From: an uncultured Poribacteria bacterium
GTDB taxonomy: Bacteria > Poribacteria > WGA-4E > WGA-3G
Direction of reading: 5' to 3'
DNA: 64,000 bases
Assembly (NCBI GenBank): GCA_951813565.1
Contig: OX638351.1
Span: 1,632,001 to 1,696,000 of the forward strand
In this document: piece after piece, positions 33,620 through 42,430 of the stretch
How the letters are laid out: every line of letters starts with the position of its first letter
Position numbering within the stretch: the first letter of the stretch is position 1
The notes under the pieces: model-generated
Database searches by the model: none
Seen by the model: the letters and a program-made list of their open reading frames with translations, nothing else
Told to the model about the DNA's origin: nothing
Program-made: the position numbers and the translations under genes

Positions 33620-33741
33620 TAGGGTTATTTAGTTCTCCATATTTTCGGTTATTCTTGAATGCCTCTCTTGCTGTAGGAGCGAGTTCCAGCTCGCGACTTT
33701 TTGACGAAAATGTGCAAAAACCCTAAAACTAAATAACCCTG
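33620..33741. mobile_element. MITE family D
   Basis: TIR AGGGTTATTTAGTT/AACTAAATAACCCT; CTCCAACTA duplicated (33611-33619, 33742-33750); internal REP; second copy 55157-55258. Confidence 0.85.
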
Positions 33742-33767
33742 CTCCAACTATTTACCTAACAGTTTCG

Positions 33768-35075
33768 TTAGTTTGATATATTTTCAACATTGAGATCTAA
33801 TTCCTTCACCTTCGCAAAATCTGCTTCCGCATCTTCCTGCTGTCCGAGTGCTTCTTTCGCAATTCCTCTATTATAGTAGGCATACGTATGTTCAGGGTTA
33901 AGCCTTATAGCCAAATCATAATCTTCTATTGCCCCTTTGGTGTCACCAAGATCATCCTTTGCATTACCACGATTACAGTATGTGTTTGCAAATTCAGGAT
34001 TTAGGTGGATAGCCATATCATAATCTTCTATTGCCCCTTTGGTGTCACCAAGGTACTCCTTTGCATTACCACGATTACAGTATGCGTTGGCAAATTCAGG
34101 ATTTAGGCGGATAGCCATATCATAATCTTCTATTGCACCTTTGGTGTCACCGAGGTACTCCTTCACAATACCACGATTATAGTAAACATGATCCAAATCA
34201 GGGTTCCGTCGTAGTGCGTCATTATAATGATCTATAGCCTTATTGTGTTTCCCCTCCGCATATTCCAAGTTCCCAAGTTTTCCTTTGGAATATGCCCGGA
34301 CTCGCGGCCGGTTTCGCCATTCCTCAAAAGATATAATCTGTCCAGTATTTTCCATCAACCTTCTGAGCACTGTTAATGGAATTGCCCCAATCATTGAATA
34401 GGTATCAATGTCACTGTCACTTGGCAGCCTTCCGCCAGCATCAACAACTCCAATGACTTCACCTTTGCTGTTTAACACGGGGCCGCCGCTTAGACCTTCA
34501 CAATCCTTTGGTGAAATTTTTGCTTTTATCAGGAGTTGATAGTCGCTATTATGTCCGCTAAGTATGTTGCCTATTATACCTTTGTATTTTTTGCCTTTGT
34601 AACCGACAATAGAAACTGGATCTCCCCTCTGAAGCTCGTCGCTATTTCCAAGGGGAAGTGGCACACCTGTTTCGGCAACCTTAAGGATCACAAGGTCGTT
34701 CTTGTCATCGCATGCTGCCACACCTTCAATTGTGTAAATTGCTGTTTCATTGCAATTACGAGGTAGTTCAGGTACTCGATTTTCTTGCATCCTTAAGTGC
34801 TTAGGGGCCCTCCGAAGGGGCAGTTTTTTCATTGCCTCATAAACACGATTGTGAATAGGGGTCTTTTCAATCTCATACTGCTTTGCGGTGATTATCTTGT
34901 ATTTGACAATTGGCAAGTTCATAACGTGAATGTTTGTTGCAATCTTATCCGGTTCCACGAAGAAACCGATTCCAACCCCAGTTGTCAACCCAAATTTTTT
35001 GCCTTTCAAGAAAACAATAGACTGTTTACTGCTTTCAACTATATTTTGGTGTGTCTTTTCTCTTTTTTGTTCCAT
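33768..35075 (-). CDS. Trypsin-like serine peptidase + TPR protein
   Basis: ATNIHV, DLVILKV, GLSGGPV; C-terminal TPRs including three near-identical 34-aa (102-bp) units. Confidence 0.88.
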   Translation of the reverse strand: MEQKREKTHQNIVESSKQSIVFLKGKKFGLTTGVGIGFFVEPDKIATNIHVMNLPIVKYKIITAKQYEIEKTPIHNRVYEAMKKLPLRRAPKHLRMQENRVPELPRNCNETAIYTIEGVAACDDKNDLVILKVAETGVPLPLGNSDELQRGDPVSIVGYKGKKYKGIIGNILSGHNSDYQLLIKAKISPKDCEGLSGGPVLNSKGEVIGVVDAGGRLPSDSDIDTYSMIGAIPLTVLRRLMENTGQIISFEEWRNRPRVRAYSKGKLGNLEYAEGKHNKAIDHYNDALRRNPDLDHVYYNRGIVKEYLGDTKGAIEDYDMAIRLNPEFANAYCNRGNAKEYLGDTKGAIEDYDMAIHLNPEFANTYCNRGNAKDDLGDTKGAIEDYDLAIRLNPEHTYAYYNRGIAKEALGQQEDAEADFAKVKELDLNVENISN

Positions 35076-35117
35076 TACAGGGTTCCTGTCTATTGCCTGT
35101 GCATTAGTGTCTAAGAC

Positions 35118-36608
35118 TTATTTTTCAAAATCTGGGTCTAATTCCTTTGCATTCGCAAAATCTGCTTTTGCTTCTTCGTGCTGTCCGAGTGCTTCTTTTG
35201 AAAGTCCGCGGTCGTGATAGTATAATGCCTTCTTCGGTCTGAGTCGGCTGGATTCATTGAAATCCTCAATCGCTTCATGGTGGTCACCGAGAGCAGCCTT
35301 TGCAGCACCGCGAGTATGATAAAAGGCAGCACGAACTCTTGAAAGTTTCGGATTGGACTTAAAAGCGGTATCAATATCGTCTATTGCAAATTGGTAACAA
35401 TATTCCGCTTCTTCTATATTGCCCAGTTTGTTTTCAAATTGCCCCAATAAATATCTCACCCATCCTCGACTATTATAGGTAATACCTGTCTTCTCTTTTA
35501 AATCAATTGTTTCAGAATATAGGTTGATTGCGTTTTTATAATATCTACGGGCTTCTTTATATTTTCCCTGATCCGTTGCAGATTTAGCTTTGCGTAGATT
35601 TGAGTTTGCATTAGCAGTTAACCAAAATCTTCTTCCCACAATAGAAACAAATAGATGGAGCGAAAACCGCAAACCATAAAGTTTAAGCATTTTCCATCTC
35701 CACGAGATGGACTCGCGAATATTTGAAAAACTAAATGGCACAGAATGGAATCTAAGCAAAGATATTAGATCAGTCATTGCCTCAGTTAAAAGTCCAAATT
35801 CAAGCTTTGCATCCGCACGGCCTGTATAAGCGTTCTGCATATCAGGGACAAGGTCAATTGCAATATCATAATGAGCAATCGCTTCTTTGTAATCTCCTTC
35901 GTTGCAAAACTTTTCTGCCGCGTCAATTTCGGCTAAATAACGCACATCTGGAAGTTCTTTCCATTCTTCAAAAGGCACTGATTCTGTTCTGTCCTGTAGA
36001 AACTTTTTCAATCTGTTTGAGGGGACAGCATAACCGCATACGACATTTCCAGCTTCATCAATCCTACTGGATTTCTTCACACCTATTACCTTTCCCTTAT
36101 TATTTAGGATAGGACTACCACTGCTCCCGCCAGTGGATTTAGTTGTCAGGCAGATCAGATCACCGCTTGGTCTTTTCCATATACTTTCAATAGTTCCGTG
36201 TTCAATCTTAGCATGATCATTTGGATAGCCAACAGCACAGATTTCATCCTCATCTTGAATTGTGTCACTATCACCAAGTGTAAGCGAAATACCTTCATAA
36301 TTAACCTTTAAAAGTATTAGGTCGTTTTTATTATCATAAGCCTCCACGTTCTCAATTTGGTATGATTCTTCTTGACCAGAAAGTTTTATGGTCACAGATG
36401 TTGCCCCAGCGATAACGTGAAAGTTTGTCACTATTAGATGTTTATCAATGAAAAAACCGCTACCATTATTCGTTTCAATTTTGATAAAATCAAATTTAGG
36501 GCGCGATGCAAGACAAGGAGTTTTTCTTTCTATATTCAAACACACAACGGAATTCTTTAGGGTATTTTCAGCAATTTGTTGTAAAATGGTATCTTTTTCT
36601 TGTTCCAT
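35118..36608 (-). CDS. Trypsin-like serine peptidase + TPR protein
   Basis: GSGFF, VTNFHVI, DLILLKV, GSSGSP; TPRs; start at MEQEKD by analogy with paralogs. Confidence 0.88.
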   Translation of the reverse strand: MEQEKDTILQQIAENTLKNSVVCLNIERKTPCLASRPKFDFIKIETNNGSGFFIDKHLIVTNFHVIAGATSVTIKLSGQEESYQIENVEAYDNKNDLILLKVNYEGISLTLGDSDTIQDEDEICAVGYPNDHAKIEHGTIESIWKRPSGDLICLTTKSTGGSSGSPILNNKGKVIGVKKSSRIDEAGNVVCGYAVPSNRLKKFLQDRTESVPFEEWKELPDVRYLAEIDAAEKFCNEGDYKEAIAHYDIAIDLVPDMQNAYTGRADAKLEFGLLTEAMTDLISLLRFHSVPFSFSNIRESISWRWKMLKLYGLRFSLHLFVSIVGRRFWLTANANSNLRKAKSATDQGKYKEARRYYKNAINLYSETIDLKEKTGITYNSRGWVRYLLGQFENKLGNIEEAEYCYQFAIDDIDTAFKSNPKLSRVRAAFYHTRGAAKAALGDHHEAIEDFNESSRLRPKKALYYHDRGLSKEALGQHEEAKADFANAKELDPDFEK

Positions 36609-36673
36609 AGAGGTTTTCCTTTTCAACTATATCCATTATACACCAAATCACTCAGGATTTATACCAAAAAGAT

Positions 36674-36703
36674 TTGACATGATGCTATAGAATGTGTTAC
36701 CAT
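36674..36703 (+). promoter_or_regulatory. Sigma70-type promoter of the ileS leader
   Basis: TTGACA-N18-TACCAT. Confidence 0.6.
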
Positions 36704-36752
36704 ACATTAAAAGATACACTATCCAATTATAGTTTCCAAACGAGATTTTCTG

Positions 36753-36881
36753 ATGTTACATCTATCGCTTATCACACTGACATTGCAATATAAAAAGTCT
36801 GCCCGCCACACTGCCCTACACCAAGACCACCTTCGCGCCGGACGCATTATTATTGCAATTCGTCGTGCTGTGGTGGGCTAA
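36753..36881 (+). CDS. Ile-rich attenuator leader peptide (42 aa)
   Basis: Ends GRIIIAIRRAVVG*; followed by alternative antiterminator/terminator stems; start could be TTG 36783. Confidence 0.75.
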   Translation: MLHLSLITLTLQYKKSARHTALHQDHLRAGRIIIAIRRAVVG

Positions 36882-36907
36882 TCGCAAGCAGATAAAAAGG
36901 ACTATTG

Positions 36908-36957
36908 ACACGCCCATCACTGAAACAGACAATTTCGGTGAGGGTGTTTTCTTTTTT
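36908..36957 (+). terminator. Attenuator terminator upstream of ileS
   Basis: ACGCCCATCACTGAAA...TTTCGGTGAGGGTGT followed by TTTCTTTTTT. Confidence 0.8.
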
Positions 36958-37136
36958 AATAGTAGGTAGCAAACTAAACCTTTGACATGGAGATTGAGGC
37001 AACATGAGGAACTAAACATGTTTGAGTCAATCGTGCACCTTAGTAGAAAAGCCTCATGATGCCAACCCAGTACCCGTTTACCAAATAACCTGTTTCGGAC
37101 AACGGACGAAACAGACCAGGAGGCTAAAAGTTAAAA

Positions 37137-40100
37137 ATGTTTGAAGAGGTATCGCCGCAATTTACCTTTGCTGAAAAGGAGAAACAGACCCTTGCGTTCT
37201 GGCGTGAAAACGACATCTTTCAGAAGAGTATGGAGATGTACAAAGACGCGCCACCCTTTGTTTTCCTTGAGGGACCGCCATTTGCAAATGCACCACCCGG
37301 TGTTCATCATGTCCTTGCACGCATCATGAAAGACGCTGTTTGCCGTTATAAGACGATGACAGGACATTACGTCCATCGTAAAGCGGGTTGGGACACACAC
37401 GGGCTTCCCGTAGAATATCAGGTTGAAAAGCAACTCAATATCACAAATAAAGCGGAGCTGGAGGCTTACGGCGTTCAGAATTTTATTGAAAAGTGTAAGG
37501 AAAATGTCTTTCAATATGAACAGGATTGGCGGCAGATGACGGAACGCATCGGGTTCTGGGTGAACTTAGATGAGGCGTATATCACGTTGTCAAACAATTA
37601 TATTGAGAGCGTCTGGTGGGTGTTGCGGCAAGCGTGGGATAAAAAACTGTTGTATCAGGGGCATAAGGTGCAACCGTATTGCTACCGATGTGGCACGACC
37701 TTAGCAAGCCACGAAGTCGCGCTCGGTTACCAAGAGGTTGCTGACCCATCCATTTTTGTGCGATTTCCACTAAAAAATAGAGAGAATACTTATCTACTTG
37801 TATGGACAACGACACCCTGGACGTTGCCATCTAACGTTGCTGTTGCTGTCGGTGAAGATTATGATTATGTTGCTGTTGAACAAGACGGGCAATACCTCAT
37901 TCTCGCGAAAGAATGTATGTCAAGTTTATTCGGTGATGAACTTCCGAAAATTGTTGAGAACTATAAGGGCAGCAACCTCCAAAATTGGGAATACGAACCG
38001 CTATTTGATGCTGGACAACATCCGAAAAAATCTCACTACATTGTTCCTGGTGATTTTGTAACGACCACAGAGGGAAGTGGCTTGGTGCATATTGCTCCCG
38101 CTTTCGGACAAGACGACTATGATATTGGGCAGAGACATAATCTGCCGTTAGTGCAATTGGTGGGGGCAGATGGCAAGTTTGTCCCAGAAGTTAAAGACGT
38201 GTGGGCAGGTGAATATGTCAAAGATGCTGACCCGAAAATCATTAAGAACTTGGACGGACGCGGGTTGCTGTTCAAAGCCTCTGAGTATATACACCAATAC
38301 CCGTTCTGTTGGCGATGCGATAATCCGTTGCTCTACTATGCACGCGAATCGTGGTTTATCCGCACCACCGCCATCAGAGACCAGATGCGTCAGCACAATC
38401 AGGAAATCAACTGGTATCCTGAACATATCAAAGATGGTAGGTTCGGGAATTGGTTAGAAAATAACATTGACTGGGGATTGAGCCGTGAACGTTATTGGGG
38501 AACACCGCTACCTGTTTGGATATGCGACGACTGCGGGCATCAACACTGCGTTGGTAGTATTGCCGAACTGAAGGAACTCGGCACCGATGTGCCAGAAGAT
38601 ATTGAACTACACCGCCCCTACGTAGATGATGTTGTGCTTGCCTGTGCGGAATGTAGTGGCACGATGCACCGTGTGCAGGATGTGATTGATTGCTGGTTCG
38701 ATTCAGGATGTGCGCACACTGCACAATGGCACTATCCGTTTGAAAATAAAGAACTGTTTGAGCGTGCCTATCCTGCAGATTTTATCTCAGAAGCCATTGA
38801 TCAAACCCGCGGATGGTTCTATAGTCTCTTAGCCACCGGCACACTGCTCTACGACAAACCTGCTTACAAAAACTGTCTCTGTCTTGAACTTATTCTTGCC
38901 TCAGACGGACAGAAAATGAGTAAGAGTCGTGGCAACACAGTTGATCCGTGGACGATCTTGAACGAGCAAGGGGCAGACGCTATGCGGTGGTATATGTTCA
39001 CGGCATCACCGCCTTGGGCACAGCGAACCTTCAAACTTGAAGGCATTGACGAAGCGTTGAAGAAATTCATGGGGACGTTTCAAAATGTTTATAGTTTCTT
39101 CGTGATGTATGCCAACTTAGAGCAGGTTAATGTCTTAGAAGATGCACCACCGGTTGCGGAACGCGCTATCATAGACAGGTGGATTTTATCTCGTCTCCAT
39201 ACTTTGATTAACAAGGTGCGTGATGACATGGAGAATTACCATCTCACGAATGCACCGCGCGCGATTGAGGTGTTTGTTGATGACCTTAGCAACTGGTATG
39301 TTCGCCGTTCCCGCGACCGATTCTGGGGTGCAGAGGCAGGGCAAGACAAACAAGCAGCTTACGCCACACTTTATGAGGCACTTGTTACCGTAGCGAAACT
39401 CGCTGCGCCGTTCATCCCGTTTTTAGCAGATGAACTCTACCGTAATTTAGTCGGTTCGCTCAATCCTGATGCACCGCTCAGCGTTCACCTTGCAGAATAT
39501 CCAGTCGCAGATGCTGCGTTGATAGAGACTGCTTTAGAAAACGATATGGCGTTTACACGCGAGGTAATCAGCATGGGGCATGCTGCTCGGAATCGCTCCG
39601 GTATTAAAACGCGCCAACCACTCGCTGAAATCACACTCGGTGGACTATCTGACGCTGAAAAAGAGACCGTCAATCGTTTGGCAGCATTTGTTCACGATGA
39701 GTTGAATGTTAAGGAAATTGTTTTCACAGAGGAGTTGGACGCGTTCACACAGGTTACACTCAAACCGAACTTTAAGGTCCTGGGACCAAAATACGGCAAA
39801 GGTGTGCAGGCAATTGCAAAAGCACTCGCTACCGCAGATACAATGCATATAAAAGCGGAATTGGAAGCAAACAGGAGTTTTCAGATTGAAGCATCTGGTG
39901 AAACTTATACCCTTGAACAGTCAGAAATTGATGTGCAGACACAGAACCGAGAAGGCTTTTTTGTAGAGGTGGACGCGAGAAAATTTGTTGCATTGTCAAC
40001 AGAACTGACGCATGAGTTAGTGCTTGAAGGTATGGCACGCGAACTTGTCAACAAAATCCAGAATATGCGGAAGGATGCAGATTTTAACGTGTCCGATCGG

Positions 40101-40280
40101 ATTAAGCTCAGTGTGAACACATCATCTGCGTTGGTAGACGAAGCGTTCCAAACGCATCGGGATTACATCCTCACGGAAACGTTGACGACTGAGGTCGTTG
40201 AATCGCCAGGGGAAAATGCGTTCAGTTTTGACCAGAAACTCAATGGGGAACCGGCAACACTTAGCGTTGAACAAGTATAA
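37137..40280 (+). CDS. ileS: Isoleucyl-tRNA synthetase, type 2
   Basis: GPPFAN, GWDTHGLP, WTTTPWTL, SRERYWGTP, DQTRGWFY, KMSKS; HIGH position reads GVHH. Confidence 0.96.
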   Translation: MFEEVSPQFTFAEKEKQTLAFWRENDIFQKSMEMYKDAPPFVFLEGPPFANAPPGVHHVLARIMKDAVCRYKTMTGHYVHRKAGWDTHGLPVEYQVEKQLNITNKAELEAYGVQNFIEKCKENVFQYEQDWRQMTERIGFWVNLDEAYITLSNNYIESVWWVLRQAWDKKLLYQGHKVQPYCYRCGTTLASHEVALGYQEVADPSIFVRFPLKNRENTYLLVWTTTPWTLPSNVAVAVGEDYDYVAVEQDGQYLILAKECMSSLFGDELPKIVENYKGSNLQNWEYEPLFDAGQHPKKSHYIVPGDFVTTTEGSGLVHIAPAFGQDDYDIGQRHNLPLVQLVGADGKFVPEVKDVWAGEYVKDADPKIIKNLDGRGLLFKASEYIHQYPFCWRCDNPLLYYARESWFIRTTAIRDQMRQHNQEINWYPEHIKDGRFGNWLENNIDWGLSRERYWGTPLPVWICDDCGHQHCVGSIAELKELGTDVPEDIELHRPYVDDVVLACAECSGTMHRVQDVIDCWFDSGCAHTAQWHYPFENKELFERAYPADFISEAIDQTRGWFYSLLATGTLLYDKPAYKNCLCLELILASDGQKMSKSRGNTVDPWTILNEQGADAMRWYMFTASPPWAQRTFKLEGIDEALKKFMGTFQNVYSFFVMYANLEQVNVLEDAPPVAERAIIDRWILSRLHTLINKVRDDMENYHLTNAPRAIEVFVDDLSNWYVRRSRDRFWGAEAGQDKQAAYATLYEALVTVAKLAAPFIPFLADELYRNLVGSLNPDAPLSVHLAEYPVADAALIETALENDMAFTREVISMGHAARNRSGIKTRQPLAEITLGGLSDAEKETVNRLAAFVHDELNVKEIVFTEELDAFTQVTLKPNFKVLGPKYGKGVQAIAKALATADTMHIKAELEANRSFQIEASGETYTLEQSEIDVQTQNREGFFVEVDARKFVALSTELTHELVLEGMARELVNKIQNMRKDADFNVSDRIKLSVNTSSALVDEAFQTHRDYILTETLTTEVVESPGENAFSFDQKLNGEPATLSVEQV

Positions 40281-40290
40281 ATTACATTAA

Positions 40291-40328
40291 AAGAACAATC
40301 AGGCACCGCTAAGTGCCTGATTGTTCTC
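40291..40328. terminator. Hairpin between convergent genes
   Basis: AGAACAATCAGGCAC-CGCTAA-GTGCCTGATTGTTCT. Confidence 0.75.
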
Positions 40329-40358
40329 GTTATATCCAGGAATTCTACTTTATAAAAC

Positions 40359-40952
40359 TCAATCGCACGCAGAACAGGCATTAGCACCAGATAAGTAGCA
40401 ATCCCATTCATCAGCATCAGCATGTGAGAAATCATCAGCATAAGCGTGCGCAATGTCTTCATAGTGGTATTCATGTCCATCATAATCGTGCATGTTCGCG
40501 CCGCCAACAATCTGTGCAGTTGCACTACAATGGCTCAGGAACTGTGCCGGAGGTGACAGGTGTTTAGGATCACCTGTCCACTTCCATTTTGCCTCAAGAT
40601 CATCATCATAATCACCTCTCCACTCACCATGGGGATTATCCCCAGTCCCATCTGGAAAAGACTTGTAATCTTCACGAGCAGTTAGCCAAAAGCCGTAATA
40701 TCCTTCATAATCATCGTCAGGCGCGTAACCTTGGATGTAGCCCCACGCCTTGAATTCAGTACCGTGGGTTTGCCATTCAGACCATTTATCGTGATCAACG
40801 TCAATACGGGCTTCGGCGTATAGTTCTGCTTGACTATCTCCTACCCGCTTCCGGGCAAATTCTTCTTGTAGATTTGCATATTTGTATTCTGCATGTAGCG
40901 GTGCCATCATTAGCATTCCCATGATAGCAGCACAAAGTATACGATAAAACAT
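40359..40952 (-). CDS. Secreted acidic uncharacterised protein
   Basis: Signal peptide MFYRILCAAIMGMLMMAPLHA; GGAGG RBS; Asp/Tyr/Trp-rich; C-terminal Cys cluster. Confidence 0.8.
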   Translation of the reverse strand: MFYRILCAAIMGMLMMAPLHAEYKYANLQEEFARKRVGDSQAELYAEARIDVDHDKWSEWQTHGTEFKAWGYIQGYAPDDDYEGYYGFWLTAREDYKSFPDGTGDNPHGEWRGDYDDDLEAKWKWTGDPKHLSPPAQFLSHCSATAQIVGGANMHDYDGHEYHYEDIAHAYADDFSHADADEWDCYLSGANACSACD

Positions 40953-40963
40953 TTGTTTCCTCC

Positions 40964-41728
40964 TTATGGTGGTGTGAGTCCTAAGAACTCGTAAGGATCA
41001 ATGCCCCCTTCTTCGTAAGGGACCAATTTGATATCCGGTGGTATATCTGCCTCGGTTAAATCATCGTCTTCGCCTCTGTTGAATTTCGCTTCTCTGATAG
41101 CACGCAAGCGTTTACCATCATCTGGATGGCCGGTACTTCCTGCGATATATCTGTATTCGCCCATCGGTGTGTTTTCTGTCTTCCATCGAACATAGCGAAT
41201 ACCTTTAATAATTGGGTATACCTTGCCATATTTCATACCAGCACCTCTTACGTCTACACCTTCCCAGCGTAGTTTTATCTGGACCCGTGCTAGCAGTTCA
41301 TGATTAGCGGATAGGTTATTCCATGTTTTCTCAGGTGTGCCTCGCCATCCTGGAGGCAAAGGCGGATAGGGTCCAAATCCGTAAGGTGACACAGGCACGG
41401 CTGCGTCTGTTTTTACATCTGATGCTGTCTTTTGAGACTTACTGTTGTCTGCAGTCTCCGACACAGAACCGGTAGTATTAACAGCTCCATTAGCAGGCGT
41501 AGTTTCCATAGAGGCAGTGTGTGGTACCCCTCTCTGCTTAATCGCTGTAGACGTTTTCATCGTTTTATAAGAGGCTTCCCTTTGCCGGAGTAACTTTTCG
41601 GCATCGGCTGCTGCTTTTCTGTCATCTGCCGTATCGTATCGGTACCAGAGGACACACGCAACGGCAAACACAATCAGGAAGGCTATGCCGCCAAGAATCC
41701 ACTTATTGGTAAGAAAATCACGAAACAT
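40964..41728 (-). CDS. Uncharacterised 'GPYP/RVRIKLW' family protein, N-terminal membrane anchor
   Basis: AAGGAGG RBS; TM; VSPYGFGPYP, HELLARVQIKL, VYPII, EEGGIDPYEFL. Confidence 0.85.
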   Translation of the reverse strand: MFRDFLTNKWILGGIAFLIVFAVACVLWYRYDTADDRKAAADAEKLLRQREASYKTMKTSTAIKQRGVPHTASMETTPANGAVNTTGSVSETADNSKSQKTASDVKTDAAVPVSPYGFGPYPPLPPGWRGTPEKTWNNLSANHELLARVQIKLRWEGVDVRGAGMKYGKVYPIIKGIRYVRWKTENTPMGEYRYIAGSTGHPDDGKRLRAIREAKFNRGEDDDLTEADIPPDIKLVPYEEGGIDPYEFLGLTPP

Positions 41729-42019
41729 CGGACACCTCCTTTTATTTCTAACACATTCATATATGGCGTGTCTGTTGAAAAGGATAGGATAGTTCGGTCA
41801 AGCAAACCGAGTATTACATTAATGTTCTGCAATACAACGACATTAAGACAATCATATAAGTAATGGAAAAATAGTAAATTATCGTCTCAATATAATTATT
41901 ATATCAATTCTGCAAAAAAAAAATCAAGTTAAATTTGCATAAATTTGGAAATTATTAGAATTTTAAGGAATTAAGACAAAAAAATCACGAAATTTACGGA
42001 ATCCGCGCTATTTTTTGGG

Positions 42020-42360
42020 TTAAGGACTATATTTAAGCACACCCTCTGCATCAGAAAAGCGCAGATACAGTGCCCACGTCCAACTTTTCTGTTCAATGCT
42101 ACACACAACCTCGTTCCATCTGCTTTCAACTGACACGGAATCGTATCTGCATCTGGCGTGATACGGCGGTAAATCCGTTTTTTGTGGATTTCTGTTCCGT
42201 TTAGCCACACCGTAACTGTCTCATCGCTGCCTAACAGCAGAACGGTGTCCATGGCTTTTGGCGTATAGACGTAAGTAACAGCGTATCCAACCATACTTGT
42301 GTTCATTACGATTTTTGCTCGCAAATCCAGCATACCGTTCGTTGATGATTCACACAACAA
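42020..42360 (-). pseudogene. C-terminal fragment of a beta-sandwich-domain protein
   Basis: YAVTYVY...LLLGSDETVTVWLNG in one frame continues as WNEVVCSIEQKSWTWALYLRF in another; no clear start. Confidence 0.55.
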
Positions 42361-42430
42361 TTTATTTGCAATGAAAACACGCGTATGCTAAAATAATATC
42401 AGTCGTAGCGTTGCATATAGAGGAGAGAAG

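Noticed and set aside
33893..34190. Diversity-generating retroelement TR/VR pair
   Set aside because: The repeats are tandem in-frame TPRs, differences are not clearly adenine-specific, and no reverse transcriptase is present.
36890..37136. T-box riboswitch before ileS
   Set aside because: No AGGGTGGNACCGCG-type T-box sequence; the leader-peptide model explains the terminator.
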